DNA of 64,000 nt from Blastocladiella emersonii ATCC 22665 (Eukaryota > Fungi > Blastocladiomycota). Positions 31,071 to 44,890 of the stretch are shown here, one piece after another. A model generated the notes under the pieces. That model did not search any database and was not told the origin of the DNA. It saw only the letters and a list, made by a program, of their open reading frames with translations. The DNA lies in contig JANHCV010000001.1 of NCBI GenBank assembly GCA_025594325.1, forward strand, positions 2,108,001 through 2,172,000, in the 5' to 3' direction. The stretch's first letter is position 1; each line of letters opens with the position of its first letter. Made by a program: the position numbers and the translations under genes.

Positions 31071-34000
31071 TTACATTGTGTGTCCATCGTCATCTCGCCA
31101 CTGAGAGCAGCACGACTCCACGCCGGGCCACGACGGCTCCTGGCGAGTCGCGATGCCTCGCCCGCAGTATTGGCGGCGCTGGAACGGCATCACGCGAGAC
31201 GCTGAGCAGCGGGACTGCCTTGGCCACCGTCCTCGGTGGGGCTGACCTTGGCGGGTACGGGACGGCGATGCGCGGGTGCAGTTTGCGGTGCTTATCTTGA
31301 GCGGCGCGATCCTACCATGGCAAGGCGTCAGACTATGCGCGCTGAGCGAGACGGATGAGCGACGTACCCGGTCCTTGACAAAGTCCTCAAACGATGGACT
31401 ATGCTTGAGCTTAGCCGGCCGGTCGCCATCGTCGTCCTTCCTGACGTGTTTCCGCCGCTTCTTGCGCGAGGACCGCTTCTTCTCCTCCGCGTCGTGCACC
31501 TCGGCCGTGATCTCGCCCACGGACACGCCCGGCGCGAGTGCGGGTGCCTGATCTGCTGGAGCGGGAAGCGGCGGCGGCGGCGGTGCGGCCTGGACCACGA
31601 CGAGTTGCCGGAGATCCGACGACAGCCGCGCCATAGCGTCGACGAGCGTCTCAACCATGGCCTGCGACTGACTCGGCGCCGCTGGTGGTACAGGCGGCGA
31701 TTCCAACTCGTCGTCACCATGGCCCGCGTCGGACGCGAACGAAACGGTGCGCTGAAGCGAGCCCGATGACCCGTTGCGCTGCACCGACCGGCCGCTGAGC
31801 GAGCGCAGCGACGAGTGTCGCGACGACGTGTGCGCGGATTCGTCGCGGATCGACTCGAGGATGCTGCCCTCGCCGTCACCGTCGTCGTCGGGCGCGTTGA
31901 AGCTCGCGGAACGGTGCAGCTGGTCCGGGTCGACCTCTTCGAGCACATCGCCCTCGTCGCTGGCCGCGGCGAGCGACCTCGTCGATCCGCGAACACTCGT
32001 TGCCGCCGACGACTGAGTCCGCGACGAGATGGACCGGTGGCTCGACGACATGAGCGACCGCGACCCGCCTGCCCTTGCGCTTCGCGGACGCGGCGCAGGC
32101 GGGAACGGGTCCTCGTCGTCCTCGTCGTCCTCGAACGGCTCTCCCTCGGCCGCGAGTGACGCGCTAGCCGAACCTGTCTCGGCGTCGACGGGCGGGTACG
32201 GGACGTTGAACGGCTCACGCACCGGAAAGCTGGAGCACCACGACGCCGACGCGCCGCAGTCGTCTTGGCTCGGCGCCTCGACTTCGATCTCGGCCGTCAC
32301 CACCTGCTGCTGCTCCTCATCCCCGCCGAACGTCTCGGGCGGACCCCAGTCCATGACCTTGGCGGGGAGGAGCGACGGAAACCGCGGCTGCCAGTACGCG
32401 CGTGCGCGCTCAAACACGCTCGTCGTCGGGTCACCCGCGGCCGCGGGGACCGCGAGAACGTGGTCGTGGAGGACGGGCAGGACCTCGTCGCAGAACACGC
32501 GGAACCGTGGGTCGTCGAGCAGCGCGGCGACGCGGTCGACGCCGGCGGGTGCGGGGACGGGACCGTCGGGTGTCTGTGGCGACTGCGGGTCGTCGAAGCC
32601 CGATGGGTTCCACGCCATCCACGAGTGCGCAGCACTGGCCATGGTCGGTGCGAGTCCGCCGGTCCATGCGACGCCGTCAAGCGGCGCGGTCACGGTCTCG
32701 GCGACGATCATGCTCGTGACGCGCGGGTTGAGCAGCGCGCCGAGGCCGTCGAGGACCGCGAGGACTGATTCGCGCGACACGTCGTCTCTCTCATCATCAT
32801 CCTCGTCGTCGCTCGGGCGCCGGCGGCGCCGACCCCGCCGACCCGAGAGCACCGCGCGCAGCGCGGTCGCCGCGAGCCGGACCACGGCGGCCTCGCCAAA
32901 CACGTCGTCAAAGTGCGCGAGCAGGAGGACGTGCTCGACCCAGGTGACGGACGTGGGCGCGAGTCCCGCGGCGTCGCCGCCGTGGAGCCGGAGCGGCGCG
33001 ACGACCTGGTTGCGCAGCTCGATCGCATAGAGCACGCGGAGGACGCGGAACAGGCCGCCGCCGGGCACACTCGAGCGCGCTGCGGCCGCGAGCTGTACCG
33101 CGCACCGCAGCCAGTCGATGAGCGGGACCAGCGCATACGCCACGTCGGCGGGCCACCGCTCGTGCTCGTTTTCGAAGATGGTCTGCTGCAGCAGGTATGC
33201 GACGGTCGGGTACGTGTGCAGCACGGGACCCCAGTCGGCGCTCGTCGCGGCGGTGCCGGCGCTCGAGCTCGCGGTGCGGCGCGACGACTTGGATCCGCGG
33301 CGCGGGGGAGCAGCGGGAGGGGCATTGGCAATCGCTGATGCGGCCGTCTCCTTGGCCTTAGACGCGCCGGCGCCAAACGAGGCGGACGGCGGCAGCTCGG
33401 CACGCACGACGCGCGCGATGTGGTCCATGACGCGCTCGAAAAAGTGTCCGTGGACCGCGCCGAGGAGCGCCGCGAGATCGCCCGTCGTGTCAGCCATGGT
33501 CATCTGCACCACGAACCGCGCCGCGTCCACGTCACCGCCCGCGAGGAGCCACGAGAGCAGGTCGTCGACGACGGTCGCCGTCTGGAGCGCGACATCATCA
33601 TCGTTCTCGTTGGACTGCCCCGCGTGCTGCGCGGCCGAGAGCGCACACACGAGGACGTTGGGCCACGTTGACGCCCACGCGGCCATGGCGCCCGCATCGG
33701 CGACGGTCGCGAGCACCTTGTTGAGCAGCAGCGCATCGCGCGCCTGCATCGCGGCGGCGAGGGCGGCCGACGGGTCGAACAGGTCGGCGCGCTCGCGCGC
33801 GAACGCGAGGAGCGACGGTGTGTTGGCGGGGATCCAGCGGTCGGGGTCGAACGGTGACGGGACCGTGATGGCAACCGGCACTCCGCCACCCTCGCGCTGC
33901 AGCGCCTGGACGACCTGGACGACGAGCCGGATCCACCCCATGCGCACGCAGTTGACCGTGTCCGCGGCCTCGTCGTCGCCGCCGAGCGCCTCCCACGCGC

Positions 34001-36778
34001 CAGGCGCGAGCGTCAACTGGAACTGGCGGTGCGCCGTGGCCCAGTCGCCGTTCATGAGCGAGTACAGGAACCGCATCTTGACGTCGAACGCGGTCTGCGG
34101 CGAGCCCTCGTCGGTGAGCAGCGCAAAGTGGCCCTCCTCGATGAACGTGATGGCGACCTCGGTCACGCCGTCCGCCCGCATCGCGTCAAACGCGTCCGCG
34201 TCGGGCAGACAGTTGCGCGACTCGGCCATGGCCAGCATCCGCACGCACTCGAGAAGCACGGTGCGGCCCTGTGACGGCGTCGCCGACGCGGCCGTGACGT
34301 ACAGCTGCTCCTCGAGGTGCCGCCAGCCCATGGACCACGCGAACATGGCGCCGCTGCCGGACGCGTCGTCGTGCTGAAGCTGCGCAGCGAGCCACCGCCG
34401 CGTGTGCTGCGCGACGTGCAGCGCCGCGTAATCGACACCAGTCCACGCCGTCTGGATGAGAAGCCGCTCCATGAGCCGCGCGGCAATCGAGACGCCGAGG
34501 AGTAGCCGCGGACCGCGGCACGGTAACCACAGCTGGTCGAGGCACTGCAGCAGCGTCGAGACGGCGACCGTGCTGAGGGACGCGAGGTTCCCCGTGCCGC
34601 TCGTGCCCGAACGCAGGAAGCCCGAGCGGGCGCTTGGCCGACGCGACCCGCTACTACCGTTAACGCTCGTGGCGTGGCCGCTCGAGTCGAGCTGCAACAT
34701 CTGCGTCTCCTGCGCCGCATCGAGTGCTGCGGCGAGAACGCGGTCGAGCGTGGCGAGAAAGCGCGCGTCCTGGACCTCGGGCGCGACGTCGAGCGACTGC
34801 AGCGGGATCGGGCCCGTCACGACCGCGTCCTCCTCCTCGGTCGACAGCGGGTCGAGCACCCACGGCTGCTGGCCGAGATCCACCGCGTCGGTCCACACGC
34901 GCAGACGGCGGATCGCGGTGAGGTGCAGCGGGACGAGCGTGCCGCGTGCGTGCGCAAAGAACGGGACGCGCAGCTGTTCGGCCGAGAGCAGGTCCGGGAG
35001 CGCGGCGGTGGCGAACGGCGGGCGCAGGGCGACGACGCCCTGGCCGTCCGTCGCCAGCACCCAGTACTCGACCTGGCGCGGCGACTTGGCCCCGTCCGTC
35101 TGCCGGCCGCTGGTCGGGACCTCGACGGCCGCCGAGACGAGGCAGTGCCGGGTCCACGCGGCCGAGGGCGTCTTGGGCGCGCGCGATGGGAGAGCCGTCG
35201 GGATGGTCTGCAGCGGCTTTGCGCTCGCGGTCCCGGCGGCCCGCGACGCTGATGGCCGGCGCAGCGTGAGCTTCGACTGGCTGATATCGCCGCCGCGCAT
35301 GAACCGCGCATTCAAGTCGTCGACGATCTCGGGCGCCTGCGAGACGCGGCCGGACGGCGTGACCCAGACCAGCCGGCCGGACCGCGACAGGAGCGCGAGG
35401 AGTGGGAGGTCGGGCTGCGCGAGCCATGTCATGGACACGACGGGGTCGAGCATCCCGGTCGCGACGCTGGAATTTGCGCCGAACGCGGATGCCGGCGCGG
35501 CGTCGAGGCTCGCCGACGACTGGCCGGTCGTAGCGGCGTTCGAGTCGAAGAAGCGCGTCGGCGTGAGGACAATGGCCGATGGACTCGCCGTTCCGACGCC
35601 GTCGAGGAGCAGGATGCGCTGGCCCTGCATCCGCGGCCCCCACGCCGCCGTGCTGGGACTCTGCGGGTCCGCGGGACCGGAGCCAGCCGTAGCGCCGCGC
35701 GACGTGGACCCGTGGATGAGGAGCGCGATCCTCCCCGTCGGCGCGTGGACCGCGAGCTCGACGGCCATGTCGCCAAGGATCCGCGACTCGCGGACAGGTG
35801 CGGCGCGCAGAAACCCGCCGGGCGACCACGAGTCTGGCGTGTCGACGAGAAAGCGGTGCTGCAGGCAGTGGAGCACGCTCGACTTGTGCCGCTGCGCGGT
35901 GACGGCGACGAGGTGCACGGCGACGGGCACGCGGCCGTCGCCATCGGCGCCTTGGCTCTGCGCGAGACAGCCAATGTAGCGGACGAGGACCTGGTCCCCG
36001 GACCACGCGACGTGGACCGTAACGGCGGGCTGCGTTGCGACGACGGGGCACGCGAGCTGCGTCCACACGCCGGTCGGCGGGGGCGGTTTCTCGTCGGTGC
36101 CGCGCCGTTTGGAGGGAGTCGGTGGTGCCGATCCGCTTCCGCTCACCGCGGATTTACGCAGGCCAGCGATCGTGGCGCGCACGTCGAGCGTAAAGACGGC
36201 GTTGAACTCGGACACGATGGCGACGGAGCCGCCGTCGTCCGAGACGAAGACGGACTTGACGCGGTGCGAGAAGAGCGGAGGGAGGCCGACCTGGCAGCCC
36301 CAGTCCGGCGTCGCGCCTGCTGCTGTAGATGCGCGCAGGGAGGCGGGGTCGACGGTCATGACGCGGTACATGGCCTCGAGATCGACGTGGACGAGGCACG
36401 GTCCGGGAACGAGGGAGACAAAGTGGCGGCCTACGTGCCGATGAGTGTGAGCTGTCACGTCGGCGAGTTGACCGCGGTTTGTGGTACCATTTGGAGACGA
36501 GAACGACTGGGTTGCAAAGTTGAGGTCAGGAAACGTAGCGACGAGCTGGTTGAGTGCACGCGGCGTCTTGTGGCCGGGGCTCCACAGCAGCGTGTCGCCG
36601 AGGTGCGCAAACTGCTTGTGCTTCTTCTTGTCGAGCTACGCAACCCTCGCAGCGTCAGTCGACTGAAAGACGAGAAGCAAAGAGGAGAACTCACCCATGT
36701 CGTCAATGGAGCCCCGAGGCCGACGGCGGCAACGTTGGTGAAGGGGTGCGCGGCGAGGAATCCGCCATCGAGTGCCAT
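31071..36778 (-). CDS. Large (~1,800-aa) protein with a beta-propeller-like N-terminus, CPLANE1 (C5orf42/JBTS17)-like; small 5' exons at ~36470-36640 and ~36700-36778
   Basis: 1795-aa ORF. Motifs FVSDDGGSVAIVS, AVHAPTGRIALLI, VVSMTWLAQPDLPLLALLSRSGRLVWVTPSG and VLATDGQGVVALR occur in the order I recall for CPLANE1 N-terminal blocks. Not verified by search. Confidence 0.5.
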
Positions 36779-37110
36779 GGTTGCAGTGGGTGCTCTAGCT
36801 GTCGTGTTTCATGGAGTGTACATGGATGTGTGCGTCTATGCGTTTCTAGGCGCCGAGAGGAAAAAAGCGTCACAGAGCGCAGGAGTACGAGGGGGGAGAC
36901 ACACGCGACGCGATCAGCGCGACGCGTCTCCAATGTGGCGATGACATCGCGTGACGCCCTTCCCCGACCAAGTCGCTCCGCCGCGCACGCGTAACTCACT
37001 CGGCGCGACGCGTTCTCGGCGATCCCGCTTGCTGCAACGCACGCACCACGGCCCCTCTTGCAACGTAACTGCGCGCACTTGCGACCCGACCGCCACCTGT
37101 CATCGCCACC

Positions 37111-37853
37111 ATGGGAGCTCTGGGCTATGCATCGAGCCCAGCGGCCTACGCCGTGTACACGGTCGCCGCCACCATCGTCATCGGCCTCTACCTCACGCTG
37201 ACGGGCTACGGCGAGTCGTTCGACGTCGGCTCGTACCTCCTCGCCATCTCGCCCTACATGTGGGCGTCGACGGGCATCGCGCTCGCCATTGGCCTGTCGG
37301 TCGTGGGCGCCGCCTGGTACGCGCAAGCGCGCAACCGCGTGGGCTCGTTCGAGTGATAGCTCACCCGGATCGGCGCGCGGTGTAGGGGTATCTTCGCCGT
37401 CGGCGCGAGTATCCTCGGTGCCGGTGTCAAGGCGCCGCGGATCACGACCAAGAACCTCGTCAGGTACGCTCGCGTGTCGCGCTCGCACACGGCAACCACC
37501 ATCGTCTCACCCCCTCACCCCGTAGCATCATCTTCTGCGAGGCCGTGGCCATCTACGGCATCATCGTCGCCATCGTGTTCTCGGCCAAGCTCGGCGCCGT
37601 GAGCACGTACACGGCGGCTTCGTACTTTACGGGCTACGCCATCTTCTGGTCGGGCGTGACGGTCGGCCTGTGCAACGTGGCGTGCGGCGTCGCCGTGGGC
37701 CTGACGGGCTCCTCGACAGCGCTCGCCGACGCCCACGACTCGCAGCTCTTCGTCAAGGTGCTCGTCATCGGCATCTTCGGCTCCGTCATCGGCATGTTCG
37801 GCCTTATCGTCGCCCTGCTGCAGACGGGCAAGGCACCCGACTTCAAGGTCTGA
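37111..37853 (+). CDS. VMA16: V-ATPase proteolipid subunit c''; two introns
   Basis: [23 protein letters not shown]|GIF…[11 protein letters not shown]|[12 protein letters not shown]…[22 protein letters not shown]. Confidence 0.95.
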
Positions 37854-37946
37854 TCGGGATCGCTGTCCCGCGCTCCTGTCCCATCGCCCCTCTCCCTCCA
37901 CAATACCAAGCATCTCAGTTGAATTTGATGTATTTCCCCCTCGATT

Positions 37947-40545
37947 TCACGGCGGCGGCAGGTCCCCGCGACACGTCGGGCACGACAGCCGGTGCTCGAG
38001 CGCCAGCGCCAGGCACTCGTGGTGGTAAAAGTGCCCGCACGGCGTCCGCGCGATCCGCGTCCGCCCGACCTCTTCACGTCGGTCCACCAGCGGCGCCATG
38101 CACACGGCGCACAGCGGGAGCTCGTGAGCCGGCGCCGCAACGAGCGCGTGGGACGCGGGCCGCATCAGCGCACGGCGATGGTCGTCGCCGTCGTCGCGTT
38201 CCCGCGAGTCCTCGACCTCGTCGTCGCTGCTGTCGATCGCGACCGCCTCGAACCGCGGCCGCAGCGGCGACGTTGGGGACGCGGGGCGCGACGCGGGACG
38301 AGATGACGCGGTCGCCGGGAAGCAGTGCGCGAGGACCTCGTCGGTGCTCGCCGTGTAGTCGTAGTACGCGACGCGGAACCGGCGCGGCATCCACCACGAC
38401 GGCCACAGGACGCGCTGCGACACCAGGAACGTGCTTTGGACCGTGACCCAGATCAGCGTGCCGAGCATCCACGCGCGGTACGGCTCGCCGTACTGGCCCA
38501 TGGTCATGAGGTTGTCCGGGCACAGCGTCAGGTACGCCGGGAACAGCAGCCGCACCGCGAGGCCGGCGAGGGTCCACAGGACCGAGCCCGGCGGGACGCT
38601 GCCGTGTTTCGCGGACCGCACGATCTGCGGCAGCGGGTAGCTGAAGAGTAGGACGAGCGGGACGCCGAAGATGAACGGGAAACGTGCCTCGTCGAACATG
38701 GTCAACTGGAACATGTTGAACCCGAAGACCACGATGTCTACCGCGTTGACGACAACGTCAGTAGCCCGGAATGCGGTGGCGGGGAGCGTCATAACGTACA
38801 GAAGATCACGAACTTGGCCGTGGACGGCTGCAGGATGCTGGGCTGGAAGCGGTGCGCGGCCATGACCTTGGAGAGGAACCGCCACGAGAAGAACAGGACG
38901 TGGGTCACCTCGAAGAACGAGCACGCCATGTACACGGTAACGAGGTCATCTATACGTGCAGCCGCTCGGGTCAGCATTGGTGCGCGAGATTTTGACATCA
39001 GCCGGCGGACCTCGTGAGATCGTCATGTACACGTAGAACACGGAGTAGTACGAGTCGATGATCAGCGTCCCGGCGAGGGAGAACAGGCTCCACTTGAACG
39101 TGTCCTGTGCAGCGACCGCGTGAGCGAGCGTGGATAAGCGGAGCCGGGAACGAGCGTACCGAGGGCGATCCGCACGCCTCGATCTGCCGCACCGCGATGA
39201 ACAGCTTGATCGCCGCCTGCGCAAGGAAAGCGAGCGCGAGGTGCGCGTCGCGCTGGTCCGTAGCCATGAAGCTGGTTCCGCGGAACGGCGCGGCGGGGGC
39301 CGTCACGAGCGTGATGTTGCAGTTGGCCGACTCGAGGACCCAGTGTGAGTCGAGCGGCGGGAGTTTGGGAACAAAGAGCCCCGTTGGGTTCTGGTACTCG
39401 TCGTACGTCCGCGCCAGCATCGCGGCCGTCATGTTGAGCGGCCGCGTCTGCGCGTAGACGAACCAGGTGCACGCGGACGCGACGAGGTCTGGGTCGGACC
39501 GCGGCTCGCGCTCGGCGCCGCTCAGCCACCGCTCCACGAGGGACCGGTACGTGTCAAGGTCCTGCTTGAGCGGGTCGATGGCGGCGGTCCGGTTCACGTC
39601 GGGCGGGAGCGTGCCGAGGATGTCGGTGGCGTTGGCTTTTGTCCTACCTCGGTCCGTGGTCAGTGTTGCGAGAATGGGTAACGATCACCGTGACAACGTA
39701 CCGCGCATTGGCGTGGCCGAAGAGCGACCCCTGCGGCGTGATGACCGCGGTCCCGAAAAAGTAGTACCGCGGCGGGCCGAGGTCGGTCGCGTTTTTGAAG
39801 CTAATGCGGAACTGCGCGACCGTGGTGCGGTTCTCGCCCGGCCCACTGGCGCCGCGCGGGAGGCGGTTGTTCATGGTGACGAAGGCGGAGATGTCAGTCG
39901 TCAAGCTCATATTGGACTTGCGCGGGATCGCGAGGCGGCCGAGCGAGGTGAGACTTCCTGGACGCTCCAATCGACGAGTCAGCACGACGAGCACATCGTC
40001 GGGCGGGCTGAGGACGGCGCACCGTGATAGTATCCGGAATGGTTTGTGTGATGCGTCGTATTTGGCGGGAGCGGGCCGAGTGTCGTGCGCCAGCGCTCGA
40101 CCTCGTGCCTGGCGGGCGCCGTGAGGTTCTACAGCGACCCGAGCGTCACAATCCCGCCCAACAAATGCGCTCGCGCGCTCCACCGTACCCCGTAGATGTT
40201 CGGTATCGCCAATGTCGAGTTTGGGTACGCCTCGAGCCCGGCGTACTGCTCATTCAACCGGTCGAGCAGCCGCTGCAGCGCGGTGCGCGCGCTGTCGTCG
40301 CTGGTGAAGTAGTTCCAGATCAGGACGGCGGCGTAGATGATGCCCACGTAGAGCAGCCACTCGCGGAGCCACGCCCACGCGCTCCTCCGCGGCGGCTCTG
40401 CGGGCGGTGTTGCCGCGGGCGCCGGGAGCCCATCGTCTGCGCCTGCTGCCGCCGCGGTTGGTGGTGGCGGTGCTGGCGCTGGCGCGGGCGGCGGCGCGAC
40501 CGTGGTCGGGAGCAGCGGCTCGGTTTGATTGGATGTTGATGACAT
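37947..40545 (-). CDS. TUL1: Tul1-like multi-pass membrane RING-H2 E3 ligase (Dsc complex); several introns
   Basis: N-terminal TM and lumenal domain, multi-TM region, PQIVRS…RLLFPAYLTLCPDN, C-terminal CAVCM…TPCGHFYHHECL…CPTCRGDLPP. Confidence 0.85.
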
Positions 40546-40784
40546 TTGCAGGAGGTTACATGGAAGCGTGGTGCATGGCAGTTGCGAGCGGAGTGCAGGT
40601 CGGAGGTGCGAGGTTAGGTCGGTGGCCAGCGGTCGCGGCGCGCCGACCTGCATCCAACAGCGCGCCGATCTTCCTTCTCTCTCCCTCCTCTCATGGACTC
40701 AACCACGCTGATGAACTCGAATGAACTTGGCTGCCTGTAGCCTCTGATCCAGCAACCTTCGTAATCCACGAGAAACCCACCACT

Positions 40785-42384
40785 ATGTCAGCTGAGGACG
40801 CCGAGATTCAGTCGCTGCTCAAGCACCTCTGTGCGTCTTGCGACCCGAGACTCGTTGATAGCAACCAGGGCTCTGATGCTCTACGTCCTCGTTAGACGGC
40901 GATCGCGGCCCAGGAAAGCGGCGCGTGAAGCCAAACCAGGCGCAGGCGCTGCAGCTCGCGGCGCTGGCTCGGTCCAGCTCACCCAACGGGCCGGGCGGCG
41001 GCGGCGGCAACGGCGACGACGGGCACGAGACCGAGGCGAGCGACCACGACTTTGAAGCGCCGGGCTCTGACGCCGACGACGCGTCGGAGGGAAGCGCGCT
41101 AGACGATGACGAGGCCGGTGGCGACGCAGTTCCACCACAACCCCTCGCGAGCCCGGCCGCGCGAAATCGCACCGTCCTCACGAGACGCGTCCACCGCGCC
41201 GTCCCGGACCCGGACACGTGCTGCGTGTGCATGTCGGCGCTGTCGCACGAGGACGTCGTGCTGCTGTTCTGCGAGGGCGAGGCGTGCTCGGTCACGGTGC
41301 ACCCGGGATGCTACGGGCTGTCGAGCGTGCCCGAGGGCGAGTGGAAGTGCGACGCGTGTAGCTTCGGGAGCTGGCCCGCGGTACGCTACCCTCACGCGCT
41401 GTCATGAGGTTCCGCGTACGCTGACCGTGGCAACGTAGCACTGCATCCTGTGCCCGGTCCGCTACGGCGCAATGAAACGCCTCGCGTCGGGGCAAGGCTG
41501 GGCGCACGTCGTGTGCACGACGTGGATCCGCGACGCGCACTTTCTCGATGCCGAGCGGCTGGCCGACATCAGCGTCGCGAGGATCCCGCCGCGCGACTGG
41601 CTACGACCGTGCGCCATCTGCGGGCTCGTCGAGGGCGTCACGGTACCGTGCGACGCGGGCCGGTGTCCGCGGCGCGTCCACGTCTCGTGCTGCGCGGAAC
41701 ACGACCTGGTCGAGGAGGTCCGCGACGAGCCCGGGCTCGCGAACCCGATGTTCCTCGTCTGCCCGCAGCATGGCGCTGAGCGGGACGCGAGCCGGGTCAA
41801 GGTACGCGGATCGACTTGCTTCCCGCCCAGAGCGATGGCTGACACTCATCGTGTAGCTGAACAAGTGGGGCCGCTGGGCACGCGCCCACGCCCTGCCCTC
41901 CTCCGCGAGCGCGGTCGCCGACCTCGCGCCCGACGCGCAGGCCGCGGCGCTCGCCGAGTCGGCCGAGACGATGCGCCTGCAGTCGCAGCTCGCGTTCCTG
42001 ACGAGCATCGAGTCGGTCCTCCCGAAGCGCGGGCAGCGGCTCGCCAAGCGCGCCGTGGCCGCCTTTGCCAGCGTGCCCGCGGCCGAGCTCGAGCACGAGG
42101 ACAGCGACGAGCTTGATCCGCCGATGCCGCTGGACCCGCGAGCGGGGCCGAGTGCGGCGTGCGCCGAGTCGGCTGACGACGACCTCTCGGACCTCTCCGA
42201 CCCTGACGAGGAGCCAGCGCCAGCGCCCGTGTCTGCACCGAGGCGAGCGCCGCGGCCGACCGCGCGATCCAAGGCCGCTGCCGCCAAGAAACCGCCAGTT
42301 AAGCGGCGGCGAGCGCCCGCTGCTGCAGCGGAGCCGGCGGCGGTGCGGCCACCGCGACCCGAGAAGCGGACGCGTCGTTCATAA
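40785..42384 (+). CDS. PZP-domain (PHD, zinc knuckle, ePHD) chromatin reader, Nto1/BRPF/JADE/PHF14-like; introns
   Basis: CCVC…LLFCEGEACSVTVHPGCYG…WKCDAC; CILCP…GAMK…WAHVVC…CAIC…CDAGRCPRRVHVSC…CPQH. Confidence 0.85.
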
Positions 42385-42516
42385 GCGGGTGGGCGGAGAA
42401 TACAGCGAAGCTCGTGCCCACAAGCTCCACAAGCTTTGTCAGCGCCTTGAAAATCGCGCAGTCGACTCGGCGCTCGTCCCCTCTCCCTCTCCTCAAACAA
42501 AACGAATCGAATGAAC

Positions 42517-43301
42517 ATGACGCTAGTCACCGAGTTTGCCGTCAACATGACGTGCGCGTCGTGCGAGCAGTCGGTGCGGTCGGCGCTCGCGGGCGTCGCC
42601 GGGATCGAGACCGTCGACGTGAGCATCCCCGAGAAGCGCGTTGTCGTCAAGGGCAACGGTACTTGGTCGCTCCGCCGTATCCGCCCTACCAGCGACTAAC
42701 CAGTGTGATGCATGTAGTCCCGGCATCCACGCTGTTCACCGTGCTCCGCGATACTGGCCTCGCGACCGTGGTCCGCGGACAGGGCCGCGCGGGGCACAAC
42801 CACGCAGCCGTCGCGGTCCTCGACGCGAGCAACATCGTGCACGACCCGACCCGTCCCTTCGGCGTGGTGCGCATGGCGCAGCTGCGCGCGGACGCGCCGG
42901 GGGTCCTGGTCGACGCGACGGCGACGGGGCTCGTGCCGGGCGAGGTCTACGACGTTGCCGTGACCGAGGCGGGCGATCTTTCGGCGGGCGGGCTCGCGGG
43001 GCTCGGCAAGGACGTGGTGCTGGTGGCGTCGGGCACCGCGGACGCGAGCGGGCGGCTCGAGGCCGTCGGGCAGCCGCCCGCGTGGCTGTGGGAGTGGATC
43101 GGGCACGGCGTCGCGGTGCGCGCGCGGACGCTGCGGGCGACGGGCGAGGGTGTGCACTCGCTCGGCGGGATCGTGGCGCGGTCGGCCGGCGCGTTCGAGA
43201 ACGACAAGGTGGTGTGCGCGTGCAGCGGGCGCACGCTGTGGGAGGAGAAGCTCGGGTGGATCCCGTCGGCCGAGTCGGCGGCCGCCGCGGCAAAGGTGTA
43301 G
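42517..43301 (+). CDS. CCS1: Copper chaperone for SOD1; one intron
   Basis: HMA domain TEFAVNMTCASC; SOD-like domain (WEWIGHG, GIVARSAGAFENDK); C-terminal CAC in VCACSGRTLWEE. Confidence 0.95.
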
Positions 43302-43363
43302 TGTAGATTGGAAACGGGTTTTTGGATGCATGGTAATCATTTTTGTACAATGCGTCGGTCGGC

Positions 43364-44593
43364 TTAGACTTTGCGCACCTGTGCGACCCACACGCGGCGC
43401 AGGGAGCGCAGGAAGCGGAACATGTCGCCGGTGCGCGCGAGATGGGCGAGGAGCGCGTTGAGGGTCGCGGCGGGGACGGGCGGGAAGCACTCGGTGCACG
43501 CGACCTTGGCCGCGTCGACGGACTCGAGGTCGGACTTGGCCGCACCGGTGTCCGTACCGTGGCGCAGCGTGACGCGGGCGTCGTGTGGGAGCCCCTCGAT
43601 GGTGAAGGAGAAGGAGGCGCCGCGGTGGACGGGCGTGATGGCGAGGCCGAGCAGGGCACGGAACTGCTCGCACTCGAGGCGGGCGGCGGCGACGTGGCGG
43701 GCCTGGACGGCGGCGCGCTCCTCGAGCTGTGCCTTGACCTTGTCGATCTCGGCGCGCAGCGCGGCCACCGAGTCCTCGGTGTGGTCGCGGATCCGCTTGG
43801 CGCGCATCACCGCGTCGTGCGCGGCCGCGTGCTTGGCGTCGATCTCGGCGAGCTCCTGGGCCTGCTGCTGGCGCAGCGCGGCAAAGGCTTTGATCTGGCG
43901 GCGGATGTCGGCGACCTTGTTCTGGTTGGTCAAAATAACGTCTAGACACCGGGGGTGAGGCCGTGGTTAGCGGGTGGCGGGGTCAGGAATCACTGTGCGC
44001 ATGCGCGTACCCCGTTCCTGGGCCACATGATTCTCGTGCTCCCGCACGGCGGCCTTGACGTTGGCTCTGCAGTTGGCCTCGGCTTCATCGAGGCGCTCCT
44101 TGAAGGCCTCGATCTTGGCCAGCGTCAGGGAAAATTGCGGGTAGCGGCCGGACGGCATGCGGGTCGCCTGGTTGTCGTCGACCGGATTGCGCAGCGCGCT
44201 CCCCGTGCGCGCGCCCAGCGGGGTCGCGGCGAGCATCGACAGGGACGACGGGGCGAGCGAGGCGCGGCGCATCGCGGACGGCGGGCCCATGCGCCCCGAG
44301 CCCGCGGCGGAAGCGGACCCGAACGGCGAAAGCAGCTGCATGGACGACAGCGACAGCGAGGCGCGCGTCGAGGCGCTCCCGACCAGCGGCGAGAACATGT
44401 CGTTGCTCCCGCCTTGGGGACGCGGGCGCATAAAGCCGGGCGCGAGCGATAGGCGCGAGGACGACGGCGCGAGCGACAGGCGCGACGAGGACGAGGTCGA
44501 GGACGACGATGATCCGCCCGCGCCCGGCTCGGTATCGCGGCCGGGCCCGCGGAGGCCGAGGCGTTTCGTGGAGCTTGGTGCTAGCATTGTCAT
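43364..44593 (-). CDS. SPC25: Kinetochore Ndc80-complex subunit Spc25-like; one intron at ~43945-44005
   Basis: Coiled coil followed by an RWD-type C-terminus (FRALLGLAI…FSFT…CFPPV…LARTGDMFRFLRSLRRVW). Confidence 0.7.
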
Positions 44594-44890
44594 AGAGTCG
44601 GAGCTAGGTGGACGACTGCTGCATTGCACGGAGCAGAGGAGGAAGGGAGCGACGGGGGGCAGCCGGCGCGGGCAGCGACGTGCGACGGAGTCCGCCAAAA
44701 AGCATCACGTGCGCGTCTCGAACACGCTACGCGTTGCCGCTGCTCTCTCGGGTCGGCGCCCTCCCCCTCTCCCCCTCGGCCTGCTCGCCATCTGCCGTGT
44801 GGACCGCTGCAACGCCTGTCTACCTGCAACCGCCCGCACAAGCCGCGTCCTGCCGCGCACACGCATCCAAACCGAACCTCTTGCTTGACC

